DNA of 52,591 nt from Catajapyx aquilonaris (GCA_000934665.2 JYFJ02002704.1:1-52591); one strand, 5' to 3'. Positions 13,285 to 26,519 are shown, numbered from the stretch's first letter. A program made the numbers and translations. Notes: generated by a model not told the origin, from the sequence alone.

Positions 13285-15198
13285 TATAAATATCTTGTGA
13301 AAACTAATATTGTTAACTAAGGCTACACCAAACCTAAACACACATTAAATCATGCGACCACAAGACAATTCTGGCTATGCTTGAACAGTGAGCTCTAATG
13401 TCACTTTTGAGTTCTCATATGGCTTGCGGCACACTCCATTCTTTGTGCCTCTTGGAAGTAGAAACGCTCTACAACACTTGCACGACTGTATTAACCGTCC
13501 TATCTACTTATAACCCATGCTCCATACGCCTGCTTAATTGATTACCCTTAACAACACATTAACACGTGCCAAACTGAGTCAGTATCAAAACGCGACACGT
13601 CTATTCTGCTTAGAAGCCGCACAATGACGTAATCTGTGATTAACTCCCAACTAAGTCAGCACCTGAATGGGCCGCGTGGTGGATCAGGTGGAAACATACT
13701 GTATAGGTTTCCCATCGGGACTTGGTTGATCAGGTAATGCAGAGCTGGCAGAGGACACCTCTTTCAAGGCTTTCCCTTTGATCTCAGGACAGAGATAGTC
13801 GGTGTTGGGATGGAGTTAGGTGAGTTTTGGAAGGGGAGGGTGGAGTGGAGGGAGGCGATAGAGACTGTGGGGGAGGAGGTGAGGTGTGCAGGAGGGACCG
13901 ATGGAAGGTATTTCTGACGTTTTGAAAGCTTTGGGAATGGGAATGGCGCAGTAGTGCTTCATACATGAATGCAATGGAGGAGTGAAAAGAAGATGGGGGA
14001 GGGAGGTGATTTTTTTTTTTTGTTCCTCTCACCCCTTGTCCCCTCCTCTCTGATTCGTCACACCACCCACACACTTTACTCGTGACCATAGTAGTGACTC
14101 TTACGACACTATTCTTTGATGCGGTTTGTCAGTAGTCCTCCGGAAACGGTGGGGATCCTGTTTGAATTGCAACCTGGTTGCATTTAGTGGCGTCCGGTTC
14201 AAATGCCAGTCCCATGAGGCATATAAGCACATGTTGAGTATGATGGCACAATTAAGGCAGCATTGTCAAAAATATGACATCCACCAGACATGAAACAGTA
14301 GCCTACGCAACTTAAATGGTCATTATTGAACCGGGTTTCAGTTTTTCCTATACCCACGCGCCTGAAATTTCTCTACTGCCTCCGAACTAACAGTGTCAAT
14401 TTGCTGTATGCTTACATTGTCGGCAGATAATTCAAATTTACGAACTAATTTTAATGCGAAAGACAACGCCTGAAATGAAGAACTGCGAGAGTTCAGTTTT
14501 TTTGCGTAAAAATTGACATAGCCCTTGAGATAGAAGCTGGTCAAGTCAGCAATTTTCTGATATATAGCAATATTGATGCCTCCTAGAGAAATGAATACCA
14601 AAATGTAAAATGTCATCTTCAAGTTTCAAATCCTTACATCTTGAAATCACTCTAATGTGACTGTATATTCTGTGTTCTGTATTTTATTAGACAAATTTTG
14701 ATAAAACCAGTGACTCTCTATTCTGCTACATTATTTTGTAATGGTTGTTCATACCTTATTGGAAACTTTCTTTAAATGTGTTTATAGACTGAAAAATGAT
14801 AAAACTGGAAGGGCTGTGTATGGCCCAATCTATATTGGTAATATAACGAGAGGGACCGCCAGTATAGAGATTCCTCTCCCCTCTAGTGAAAGGGAGTCGA
14901 AGCACCAGCATCCGTTACGCTGCTAGGATAGTATAGGCCGTCTAGGAAAATACTGCATGGGTTTTCTGGGGGATTGAAGTAGAGTTGCTAGACGCAAAAG
15001 GAACCCGGAATACCCCACATCCACGTTGGGGGGGGGGGGGNAAAAATCTCCACCTGGCTACTCTATTTATTTAACATATAATAGGTAAACATAGGGACTA
15101 GGGAGGTAGGGAGGGGGCTAAAAAGGTTAGAAAACCCCACCTAATCCCCGCAGTCTCTCCTTGGTTCGCTTTAGTCGTCTAGTATATACCTCTTTATT

Positions 15199-15860
15199 GG
15201 TGTGGTGGCCGAGATGGTAACGTCTGCATCTCGGCTTGCTGAGTGAAAGGTCCCAGGTTCGATCCCCGCCTGGGAGTTCCCTTTCGCCTGCGTCGGGAGG
15301 GTCTCTGACCCTTACCTTGGAGGTGTCTGGAAACCTACCTCCTGGGGGACTGCACATGGCCCAAACTTGAGACATTGCACCTGCACCCGTGTCCCCTCCC
15401 CGAAAATCCCTATCCTTACCCAATCTCCTTGATTCCTTGCACCGGAAAAATGGTGGCGTACACGTACAGTGCTGGACAAAATAGCCGTCGCTGAATGTTT
15501 TTTTTTCGGCGGCGGAGGCGGCGGCGTTACCTGGCCACCCTGTCCGGCGGGCCAATTCAAACATCAGCCCATGGAGACTGCTTCCATTGTTGCCACTGTT
15601 TACAAATCGAACGAGTGACGCGGACGACCCAGCGACGGGTCTCTTCTGCCTGCGCACTCACTCACTCGATTTGTAAACAGTGGCAACAATGGAAGCAGTC
15701 TCCATGGGCTGATGTTTGAATTGGCCCGCCGGACGGGGTTGCCAGGTAACGCCGCCGCCTCCGCCGCCTGAAAAAAACATTCAGCGACGGCTATTTTGTC
15801 CAGCACTGTACCACCCCCCTATAGAACCCGTAAGGGTCATCACGGGGTACAGTAAATAAA
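15199..15860 (+). mobile_element. SINE family A copy interrupted by a MITE
   Basis: Head and body match 3087-3432; the tail (...atcacggggta) resumes after 15810. Confidence 0.8.
15467..15808. mobile_element. Near-perfect palindromic Tc1/mariner-type MITE
   Basis: TA|CAGTGCTGGACAAAATAGCCGTCGCTGAATG...CATTCAGCGACGGCTATTTTGTCCAGCACTG|TA; arms about 150 bp. Confidence 0.92.
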
Positions 15861-17189
15861 AATAATTTTGCAGCAACACACATTGCAGGGGTAGGAAATT
15901 AGGTCTGGTATCAGTAACTGGTTGGACATTGGTCATTGGTCATTGTTTTGGACCAACGATTACTCAGGCGGCGATTTCTTTGACTAGTAAGAAACACCCT
16001 CTACAGTCTACAAAACAGCCCATAATAAAAATTAACGTGATATGATAATAATTTATTTAATACAAAGTAAAATAACAAATTGTGAAAGTCGGACAGCAAC
16101 CACTACAAGTACAGTACATGCTAATTACGTTAATGACACCAATAAAAGCACACAAGCGCATGTCAAATTAATGTGCGACCTGAATTATTTTCCTGGAACA
16201 TCTTGTCACCCACAACAAGTTGACTGCATGCCTATAAAAATTAATTTGACTTGCTAGGGTATAGATTTCATTCAGCCAGACAATATGCTGACTTAGGAAT
16301 TGGCAACAATATCTGTCAAGTGTCAACATTGATAATGAAGGCATGTGACATCAATACTCTTCTCTGGTTGAATTAAGTGTAAGTGGCATATTTTCAAAAT
16401 ATAGCACTTATAAATACAGGGTAGTGGTTTTGACACCAAGGGGTTCCACTACCACTGGAGTACCAAAATTCAAGAAGTACCTGGGAGTACCACTGCAAGT
16501 GTACACAGGAGTACCAAAGTGGTGGTTAACCCCTGACACTTTTTAATGCAGCCCATGTAACAGCAAACTACAGGCCTACCCACTTTTTCCATGCGGGTAA
16601 CACCACTGTAGAAAGTAGTACATACATTTTAAAGTGCGTGTCAGAAGGTTCATAATCGTGTGAGACAAATGCCGCGTCAGGGAACCAATATGCGAAATGC
16701 AAGCACATGTGCGATGCCTCGCGTTTGGCCAATCGCGTATCTCTCCCTCTCTCCTCCAATCCCCCGATAAGAGAGAGAGGAGAGAGAAAGAGGGATTCAA
16801 AATGGCCTTCGTTGGCAAAGCAAGGCCGAACCCTTGCTCCAGTCTGTTGAACGCGTTGAAGGTCACCTGTTAGAATCATTTTTGAGATTTTTCCATTGAA
16901 TGACAATATATTAGAGTGGCTGAACAGCATCCATTTCGATCCAACTCCCCTAAGTTGCCAAGTTTCAGTGATCTGATCAGTATAATTCTATGTGTAAGCT
17001 AACAAATATAGCTATATGGGCAATAACATTAACAGCTCCTGGTGCAGAAAATGAGGCAACGTTATGTCATGAGAAGAGAAACTTGGCCACAGAAAACTGC
17101 CTATACAAGGTTGTCACTTGCAAAATGAAACAGCTTCATCGAATTTTTCCATCAACGAAAAACTAGTCTGTGACAACACAGGGGGGAAA

Positions 17190-17441
17190 TTACGGGCAGA
17201 TGAGGTTTTGTGTGAGTATTTCGAACACCATCCGCTTTCGAAAATAAGGCATGTCATACTGTGAAAAGGTAATCTGGGCATCTCTTGACAAGTATTCTGC
17301 ATATTTGCATGCGAACATCCCACAGTCGCTTCCATTTCCCTGATGCGGAATGTCAGGCACATTGATGAGACTCCAGTCGCTTGTGTCAAACAGTAATTTC
17401 TTCTTGTCCATGCTCTCATCAACCAAATACTGGAGAATGGC
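17190..17441 (-). CDS. SENP1: SUMO-specific protease (SENP1/2-like, peptidase C48), last coding exon
   Basis: Translates AILQYLVDESMDKKK...IPHQGNGSDCGMFACKYAEYLSRD...FSQYDMPYFRKRMVFEIL*, the C-terminal half of the Ulp1/SENP catalytic domain with the oxyanion Gln and catalytic Cys. Acceptor CAG at 17444-17442, phase 0. Symbol denotes family likeness, not proven orthology. Confidence 0.93.
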   Translation of the reverse strand, partial: AILQYLVDESMDKKKLLFDTSDWSLINVPDIPHQGNGSDCGMFACKYAEYLSRDAQITFSQYDMPYFRKRMVFEILTQNLICP

Positions 17442-17996
17442 CTGCATGGGGATATGATTTGTTAGTACACCGAATCATGTCAAAGTATTCTTTTTTCAGT
17501 CTTCCATCAATACTATTATTTGTCAATGCCTTTAGCAGACCTTGGATATAGCAGAAACTTGTATATTGAGGAAAATCTTTTACAGTCCCAGCAGCAAAAT
17601 TGGATTTCCCATGTGTTTTTGTCTGCCATAATGGAACTTGGCTAATGAAGAAAAAGGGAACATTTTCATGCCCAACCCTGTCTGTTGTGGAATTAATACG
17701 ACATAACAGACTGCTTCACACATTCTCTGAACAGGAAGTGTGGCAAATTATTGCACTTGAGGGGCTTGCTGGTGAAAAAAAAAACACCCAGGTGGGAGAA
17801 AACTTGTTTATGTGCCTTAAATTATTTTTCTATGAGTAACCTACTGTCCTATACAGCAGCAATTTGTCTACTAAGGAATATTTTTGGAGAATAGAAAGAT
17901 TGCGCTATATACAGATTTCATTATATAATAATAACGTCAACAGGAATGAATGGCCTGCCATTACTTACAGAAGCAAAAGAAATTAAGACAGCTTAC

Positions 17997-18550
17997 CTGA
18001 AGACACTGATCATTGTGACCTCCCAGGCTGTCAAAGTAGCATATGCTTCTCTTTCTGAAGTCTACTACAGCCAGACACCAGTGAATCTCAAGGTGCACTG
18101 GTATGATTATGAGGTCATATTTAAAGAGGTCTGTCTTTTTGGTCAATCTTTTGAGGACTGCATGGCCTCCAGACAACAGCTTGGGGTAGAAGGAGGTACT
18201 GAAGGCATATGCTTTGGGCAAGCCATCAGTGCCTCCCCTGTTAGCCACCATGCACAAATAGAAGTTGATCACATGGTCATTGAGCCAAGTCTGGCCTTTC
18301 AGTGTCAACATGTCTTGGCGACGGATTGTCAACGTGAACCCTTCTGATAGTATATCTGGACCTGGACCTGGCTTTAGTCCCCACGCAATCTTTGTTTTCA
18401 TTTCAGGAGTGAGTTCTGGTAGTGATGTTTTTGGGTCAGGAATTTCTCGTAATTCTTCCCGAACCTGGGCTTCATACTCCTTCTTGCAACTGTCTTTTGC
18501 TGTCGTTGTTTCTCCTTGACTGTCTGAGTCCGTCGAAGCACTATGGGAAT
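17997..18550 (-). CDS. SENP1: SENP1/2-like protease, exon with N-terminal half of the catalytic domain
   Basis: WLNDHVINFY, IPVHLEIHWCLAVVDFRKRSICYFDSLGG (catalytic His and Asp). Acceptor TTTAG ends at 18551; donor CAG|GTAAGC at 17996 is phase 0 and matches the last exon. Confidence 0.93.
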
Positions 18551-18682
18551 CTAAAGTGAGCCAAGTTAATCCAATAATATATAACATGGAAACATACCGT
18601 GAACACATTGATAGCAATAGGTACAAGTAGCTCACAATTGGAATCACCAGAATGTTGGCTAAAAATCATATACAAAACATAC

Positions 18683-18794
18683 CAACGTTTGGTGAAGATG
18701 GTGCTGAGAGTGAAGAGAGTTCAGGGGATGCGCCAACTGGCTTCAATCCCGTCCCGAGTGACGCTCTTGTGTGCTGCTGGAGCAGCTGGTAGCC
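18683..18794 (-). CDS. SENP1/2-like protease, internal exon
   Basis: TTACAG acceptor and G|GTATGT donor. 112 nt, open (GYQLLQQHTRASLG...SPNV). Its phase-1 end matches the phase-1 start of exon 17997-18550. YQLLQ resembles the YRQLLQ motif upstream of the SENP1 catalytic domain. Confidence 0.7.
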
Positions 18795-19179
18795 CTGTAA
18801 TATCAGTTGTATCACATCAAAATTGCAACAAGTAGAATTTGGAAAGGGTAAATGTTCGACCCATTCTTAAAGATTGCTGATTTTTCACTGCACTTTAACC
18901 CTTTGAGGCCTACGGACATCATTATGATGTCCTGCTGGTTTTTGAACTGGGAGCGCTAGAGTTTAGACAGAAATGGCACCGTTCTAGAGGGCGCGCCCTT
19001 CACATTCGGGCTATAGTCATTGGGCACCACCGGATGCGGGCGGCGGCCATGTTGCCCAGGGAGTGCACAGGGAGATCGCTGAGTGGTGAGCCGCACTACC
19101 ATGTGAGATTGTAGCAGCAATATTATTATCACGGTAAGTGGCCAGAATTTGAGAAAATTCATAGTATTACGCAGCCCGA

Positions 19180-19395
19180 CTTCAAGCAGTGTAGACCAGG
19201 GCGCGAAAAACTCTGCAGCCGGGGTCGGACGGAGGATACTTATGTGGATAGAGTTTTGATGGGTTCTCTCCGTGTTCGCGTGGGTTCTCTCGGGGTTCTC
19301 CCGTTTCCTCCCACTATCAAAATCCATCACATTACAGGCAAATGATTAAAGTCGGTTATTCAAATTCGGCCAAGGGGCCTATCACGGGGTATCAC

Positions 19396-19453
<58 letters not shown>

Positions 19454-19532
19454 CATTATTATTATTATTATTATTATCATTATTATTATTAATAATACTA
19501 ATACTAATAATAATAATAATAATAATAATAAT
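19180..19532 (+). mobile_element. SINE family C with V-domain-like core and (TTA)n tail
   Basis: GTTCTCTCCGTGTTCGCGTGGGTTCTCTCGGGGTTCTCCCGTTTCCTCCCAC at 19263-19314 resembles the V-SINE central domain; atcacggggta tail then (TTA)n. 5' boundary uncertain. Confidence 0.65.
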
Positions 19533-19896
19533 CTTGGAATTGTGTGGCACTATTTTCGGTCCCACCTCTGAATTCTGAACCCTCAAAAGCATGGTTATTT
19601 CGTACCAAACATGACCATGTGGCCGAAAAGTTTATTTTCCGACTGTTAGCGGCCATATTTAATGTTATAATGATAAAGTGGGCTTTTAAAATTATTTAAC
19701 ATTGCAATGGAGTGTTAAACTCCAACTTGTGTGAAAATAACATGTCATACAAGATAAAAGAGCGGGATTCCGCAATATATATTTTTCCTGATGACCGCCA
19801 TATTGATAAATTAATTATGGGCTAATACATCATGGGCCATATACGGTTTGGACATCATGGGGCATGTGATAATGAGTAAAGTTTAATGGAGCTTAA

Positions 19897-21011
19897 GGTA
19901 GTTCTTGCGCTAAGTCCATTTATTGACAATTTCGTGAAAATCACACCATCCATTCCTGGGCATGTCGCACATACTCCTGTGAAGTTTCAAGAGGTTCGGC
20001 TATCTCGTTTGTGAGATATTAATTTTCAAAGTTGGGCTTCTGGCGGCCCCTTATGCATGGAGCCTTATAGGAGCTGGTCTGCGGGCCTCGAGAAAAGTGT
20101 CCCTGGCTTCTTTAAAAATATTAAGATGTTAACAAAAAACCATATTCATGTGGGGGAAAGTCGGGAGATTAATTTAGTGGCGATTTTCATAGGGGTCACC
20201 TTGGTCCTTGCCCCGCAAATCGTCACTTTGTGAGGAGCCGACTCTACAGTTGGCGTCGAAGTGGCAACGCTGTAAGCGATGGTCGTCATGGCGGCCTTCG
20301 CTCGGGATTTGAAAGTCCCGAGCCGCCTAGGTTTCAGAATGGCATGTAACTGACAAGGGAAGTGCAAGTGTTGTCCGTGGAGTTTCTGAATGAAACGCCG
20401 GTCCGGTACTGTAGGATTGTGTATGATTGTGTATGGGAGATTGGTCTCTGATCTCAAGTTATTGATCGACTAGACAGTTACCTGAGTTACCAGCAAAGGA
20501 GGTACGTTCGAACGGGGCGGCGGAGATGGGACTATCGATGTATTGATATCGATATATCGATGGTTTACTTATAAAATATCGATGTCTGATAAGCTCAAAT
20601 CACTGTAATTTTATTAAAATATCGATATAATATATTGATAGTTGGGATAACTATCGAGAACTCGATATATCGCTGGGGGGAAATATCGATACATCGAAAC
20701 ATCGATACTTTGTTGATAAGTGCAGCCAACGTATGCAACGTTGCCGGATTTCCCGCACTTTTTCCGGTATTTGGAACAGCCATATTTCTGCTCTTCTCCG
20801 GGACAAAAGTGCACGGGGGAATTATTATCCCCCAAATAAATGTTCACGTAACGTATCCGACGCGAAACACGTACTCAAAATTCTGTTTCAGAGAAATACT
20901 AGCAGAAATGTCTTACAATCGCAGAAGTTGGTATTGGCCAGCTCGACCCATGTATAAACATAGGCTCAACACCCCTCCCCCTTCCCTCCGTTTCCAAGCG
21001 CAAGAACTACC
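19897..21011. mobile_element. Kolobok-like non-autonomous DNA transposon
   Basis: TTAA|GGTAGTTCTTGCGCT...AGCGCAAGAACTACC|TTAA (15-bp TIR, TTAA TSD, RR..YY termini). Confidence 0.8.
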
Positions 21012-22084
21012 TTAAGAAAAAAAAATCTACATAGAGTATAGACCAAGGTATAGACATAAGGACATAACAAATTAAAGATGAAGAGGTTCTGCCCATAAGA
21101 ATCGATGACTGTGACTGTCAAGGCACCCGGGCCTGACACACAACACCTCTATGTATGATGATGATGATTGTTATTATTATTATTTAGAAATTTTAAAATA
21201 AAGTTTCTCTTTCTCAGTACACTACAGGCTTACAAATATTGGGGTTCGAAGGTTTGCCACCTTTAGAAGTAGACCTCGTACAGATCTGGGCGTCCGCGGC
21301 ATTTGTTCTGATTGCCTAGAATGTTTCCTAATAATTCTTCCCTTGTAGGTATGCTATGTCAGGGCCTCTTTACCTGGAGTGCCCTCTATGAATTTAATAT
21401 TTTGGCCCAAAACATCGACACAGTCCAAATCGGGCAATGTTGGACATGACACTGACTTGAATAAAAGAAATTTTTGGCTGCTGATACGGCGGATTTGGAG
21501 CTTTGAATGAGGAATCTCATGGACAGCCGGTATGAAAAAGGTTAAACTGTTTTAAAAAATGAAGGAAAGAAAATAAAGTAGGCTATTAATTACGCCTGGA
21601 ATAGGGGGTGCGAGAAGCAGCGATGCTAATGTGCGGGTATTTATCCGAATTTCGGATATTTCGGACGCTTGCGGGTAATGGTGCGGGTAATATGGAAATT
21701 TGGGTAAAATCGGGTATTTTTGCGTGAATGGTTAATTTCATTGGTGTTTAAAACTCCGAAGCAAAAATGTGCAGGAAATGGCGACAATTCTGCAACTGAC
21801 CATAATATCAGCCAACCGGATGACACTCCCCGCCATTTTGTGTGAGCTTCGCTCTGCTCCCCCACCGACGCGACGGGGGTGGGCCACAGGCGGCGCTAGT
21901 CTCACTATCCTATAAAATTTATTTTATTAATTTTTTAAAATTTCAGTTATTTTTTAATTTATAAAAATAACCGCGGCCTCTCATCGCCCCCCTGGACCTG
22001 CTCCATGGCCCCCTTGGGGGGTCGTGACCCCCAGGTTGGGAACCCCTGCACTAAATGAAAGCAAAAAATACCACTTTTCCTAAA

Positions 22085-22610
22085 TTTGCATCTCATTTAT
22101 CAAAAATCTATACCACGTTTTGATATTATTTCATCACAGAACCTGCCTTTCCTTTATGAAAAATAATAATTTAAAACAATATTGCATATTAAAAATGGCG
22201 TTTTACAGATATTAATTTTTGAAATGTGCATGTATTTGCATGAAAACAAAATTCTCCGCTCAGTAATAAATTCGTATCTCACTGAATACAAATATATACC
22301 AAATTTTGATAACTTATAATTTAATAGAACGCATTCTTACTTTGTTACAGAAAAATTAAAATTAAAAAATTAAAACGGCTTCGAGAAAATATACACTTGG
22401 GTGGTGTATATTTTTGAAGTGTGCATATTGTAGCACAATGACTAAAGTTGTCACCTCACAAATTTTTGTATCTCACTTATAAAAAATATATACCGGGTTT
22501 TGACACTACTTAACTTTATAAAATGTCTTTCCTTGTGAAATAAAAATTAAAAATAAAATATTATAAATGGCTTTTTTGAGAAAATAATTTTTGAAATATG
22601 CATGTTTTCG
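22085..22610. repeat. Degenerate AT-rich tandem repeat, about 190-bp period, 3 copies
   Basis: atctca....aaa.tataccNNNttttga recurs near 22090, 22276 and 22470. Confidence 0.55.
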
Positions 22611-22848
22611 CTTGTTGCCATATTTTCACCTCGCATATCTCAACTACACGCGGAGCTAACGAAGGTTTTATTTCATAACCTGGAGGGGGTCACCGATTAT
22701 ATCACAAAATATAATCAGCACAACCGTCACGTTTACCATGACGGTGTATTAAATTGCGAAATATGCGAATTTTGACCAAAATATGCAAGATTTGAGATTT
22801 TTTTGAAGGTGAGTGTACCATTAAATAAGGTAAATTCATGCATTACAT

Positions 22849-22881
<33 letters not shown>

Positions 22882-23586
22882 CGACATTTCCCTATGAGGG
22901 GTAGTCAGCGATGAAGGGAGACGCAAGCTAACCCAATATATTAACTAATAAAAAAAACCTAAAAACAACCCGGACATAACAGTGCATTATTCCAAAAGCA
23001 TGACTTTAAAATTTCATATTGGTTTCCAGAACAGTTCACGAAATATACTCATTGAAACCAATGGAAAAAGTGCATCTTCCAGTATAATTGCGATTTTGGT
23101 ACCCCTTATAAGAAATATTAATAACTCGATAACTAAATTTAATCTGGTAAAACTGATTGTTCCATAAGAGTTCAATTGGATGTGGGTTTCACATATATAT
23201 TTTGTTCAATAAAATCTATCACTATGACTTGACACCTTTTTTCACTCACTGGCTGATCTGAAATGGAACCACCCTAGAACATCTACGTGAAAAGAAAAGG
23301 TGAGAATATTCATGTATTACTGAGACCAATACACTAAACTGGCCATCACGGTATGGTTAACCCTAGTCTAAGTTTTGCCTGGCTTAGAGGCCATAGTTAC
23401 TGACACACGTACTCTATGAGTTTCAGCTTCAGGAACTTCCAAACGTATTTATTATTTGCGATGTTACAACCGTACCTTGTTACAACCGACCCCGATGTAC
23501 TATGGGGCTCAAATTGTTTTGGCCACTTTATCCTGGTCTTGAAGCAACCCTTCACACACACACACACACACCCACACACACAAACT

Positions 23587-23934
23587 CATGTCTTGACTAA
23601 GGCGTGGGGACGGACATTGATCACTTTTCACTGCGAGTGTAAACTGATCTAACCTAACCCAACCTAACCTAACCTAACCTACCCTAACCTACCCTACCCT
23701 ACCTACCCTACCCTACCCTAAGTAACCTAGGCTGAGAAAAATGGACTTTTGTGAAACCCTACAAATGAAAATAGTGGGGACATGTCCCCACTAATTTACA
23801 CATGTCCCCACTGTAATGGTACACTTCGCGTGTGTGAGACTGTGGGGACCGACAAATGTCCCCACAATTGGAACTGGTCCCCACAGCTACAGTAAAACCA
23901 CAGACTTCCGTCCCCAGACCTTAGTCAAGACCTG
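23587..23934. mobile_element. CMC/EnSpm-like element next to (CA)n, with an internal (CCTAA/CCCTA)n tract
   Basis: TIR CATGTCTTGACTAAGG.GTGGGGACGGA...TCCGTCCCCAGACCTTAGTCAAGACCTG, repeated GGGGAC/GTCCCC motifs, adjacent to (CA)n at 23553-23582. Superfamily is inferred. Confidence 0.65.
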
Positions 23935-23987
23935 ATCACTCACTCAACGTGGGGCCTGTGCTAAGGGTTGCTTCAAGACCAGGTTAA

Positions 23988-24611
23988 CCTGTTGAGGGCC
24001 ACGGGAAGTCATATGACCGCCGAGGAAAGACGTGCCTCAGGGCCCACGGCGGTCATATGACCGTTTGCTACTTGTGCGCTCATTTGTTCTAATTTTAAAA
24101 GGAGCCAGATGATTCAGTGGATATGAACTTACAGCACATCCTGTAGATTGATTTCCCCGTCCACAGACCGTCATCATTAGGCCTACATTGCATTACCCTC
24201 AGGACACGCGCAAAATCCGACCTGGCGAAAATCATTTCCAAAGCGGCCCCTGGGCCGCCCCCAAACCACAGTTCGCCCTTGGTCACACTCGACACCATTG
24301 AAACGCATTGCAGCGAAAAATCCGACCTGGAAAAATACACTTACATAGCGGCCCCGGGGCCGCCCCCGGGCCGCCCGCAAACCACAGTTCGCCCCTGGTC
24401 ACACTCGACACCATTGCAATTCACAAGCAATTCATTGCATTTGTGTGAGGACACGGCCGAAAATCCTACCTGAGGCAACGCACTTACAAAGCTGCCTAAG
24501 AAAACTAACAAGTAAAGGTCACGTCACTCATTTTTATCGCCTGAATTTGGGGGAAAAAAAACTCGGGCTGTGGGGGCTTGCAATTGAAAAGAAAACCTGG
24601 CCCTCAACAGG
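23988..24611. mobile_element. piggyBac-like MITE
   Basis: TTAA|CCTGTTGAGGGCCA...TGGCCCTCAACAGG|TTAA; internal direct repeat of about 105-115 bp (about 24212-24420). Confidence 0.88.
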
Positions 24612-25734
24612 TTAAAGTGGCCAAAACAATTTGAGCCACATAGTACCTTACATAGTCATGAAAAAAAGCATGAAAATTTTTACTTAATCCACTTTCAAAA
24701 CAAAATCCTGCACAGAAAGACTGCTGACATTGACCTCCTAATTTTGCCAGGGAGGGCTACTTTCAACTACAGAAATCGTAGTAGTATAGATATATAATAC
24801 ATACTACGTATCTCCATCTCTGTCACTTTCAACCCTAGTCAGCATATTCTACCCAAAAGTGAGCACAAGACTGTTTTCCATCTCAAATCATATTACTTTC
24901 CATATTAACTAATGGTTATTAGGAGGGGGGAGGGGGCTCCGATGAGGCAGCTATGGCTCCTCTCAGAGGTGAGTCAGAAGTGTCAGTAGTGGAGGTGGCC
25001 AAAAGAGGTATGGGTGATCAGCTTGTGGTTTTTCTTCTTTACTTCAATACCTAGATGTGCATCAAAAATGTTGCACAATGAAAGGAGAGTAATAAAACAA
25101 AAAAAATGCTGAAGATGGATCTCCGATGAATCTCTTCACATTAACCCCGACCTGAGTTCTTTTCTGATATGTGACCAAAAATTCCATAAAAATGCTGATC
25201 AGTCTCCGTGGACTTTCAGACTTCTTCAACCATAATTGTATAACTTGGGGGCCGTCCATAAATCACGTGATGCTGCCAGGGGGGGGGGGGGGGTATGCCT
25301 CAGAGTCCGGTTGGTCACATGGGGGGGTCTGAGCATACGTGACATTTATACATGGTGAAAATGGATGGGCACATTTCCTTATGGATCTAGTTCCTTAATA
25401 TGTGAGACATTTTTAACACGATTTTGAAATTAGTACTAACCTCATGCACAGTAAACTCCTTGCTCCTAGGCGTGACACTTGCAGAAGCCAGCACTGCAAA
25501 ATAATTGCAATAAGTGCTATGCATAACATGTCATAAGACAACTTTCCACATTTGGGAAATTCCATAACAAATAATGCAACAATCATCATCCGCTATATCT
25601 GGATATGATTGCAATTTGGTGTGAGGCCTCTTTGCAGTGAGGTAAGTAACTTTATGCATGAGGCGCATGCGTCTGGAAAGATTCCAGTGAACAAGAAGTT
25701 ATATTGGATGAGATGTTTCTCAGTCAGCACCAAC

Positions 25735-26519
25735 CTTGACTGCAGGCAGTCAATGGTCCAGTGCCATTAACTGCGATGCGGTGACCATTGCTGAAGCTGT
25801 ACTGATACCTGAGTGGGATAAATGGCTTTCTTTGAGTCTTGGGTAATGACGTGTTTGTCATCTCAAACAAGTACTGAACTTCATTCTGTAAAGGATAAAA
25901 AAGTTACATTTTTGCACTTCAATACTCAAAATAGTAGGCTTATGCAGTTATCAAACCTGGGGCTTGTAGGTATCAGCGCTGACAATTCCCAAAATGTTCT
26001 GATGCTGCTGACTGCTGCTATTTGGGACATTCATCTCTGTCGAACCTTTGAATTCCTGAACCTTCTGGGTCCTTGGCACCATTTCAGGCGACATGCTGGG
26101 TGGTGAAGTGGCTTCACCCATGTGTGTAACTGTAATGCAAAAAAAGAAAGGGTAAGTACTACTGTGGCAAATTACTGTATGTTGGTCAAATCATGCTTTC
26201 CATATATTCTTCCACTGCACTGCCATAAATTGCGAGGAAATGTTCATATTTTGGGCAAGTTGAAAAAAATGACAGTCCAAGAGGGTTAACTTTTCGCTAA
26301 TCCTCCTCTATGCATTATCTGTGTGAGGTTTGGTGCAATCAACACTGAAGCCAGTGACCACTTGGCCGCTAATTATTCTTACAATTCCCACTGAGCATTG
26401 TTACCTGCCAACCCTCTTGGGTAGAGGTCTCCTCTCGGGAAGTTGAAGTTCTCAGGTATAAGAGGCCTGCGCTGCCGCTTACTTGGGGGTGGACCTAGGC
26501 TGTCATCACGGAAACAGGG
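25735..26519 (-). CDS. Three putative 5' exons of the SENP gene (26405-26519, 25957-26129, 25735-25885)
   Basis: Each has canonical AG/GT ends and the phases chain (0/1, 1/0, 0/1) into an open frame including PPPSKRQRR, an NLS-like motif as in SENP N-termini. The link to exon 18683-18794 is unresolved. Confidence 0.5.

Larger units (their letters stand above)
23500..24643. mobile_element. Outer TA-flanked inverted-repeat element hosting two insertions
   Basis: Left arm 23497-23552 is the reverse complement (2 mismatches) of 23963-23987 joined to 24616-24646. Confidence 0.75.

Noticed and set aside
7300..14250. Scattered possible exon or transposase remnants (e.g. 9640-9900, 13780-14220)
   Set aside because: No recognisable motif or consistent splice chain.
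23649..23721. True telomere or chromosome-fusion site
   Set aside because: Short, degenerate and enclosed by TIRs.
18895..26289. 7.4-kb piggyBac-like macro-element capturing SENP exons
   Set aside because: The left end CCCTTTGAGGCC and the reverse complement of the right end CCCTCTTGGACT agree only in the first four bases.
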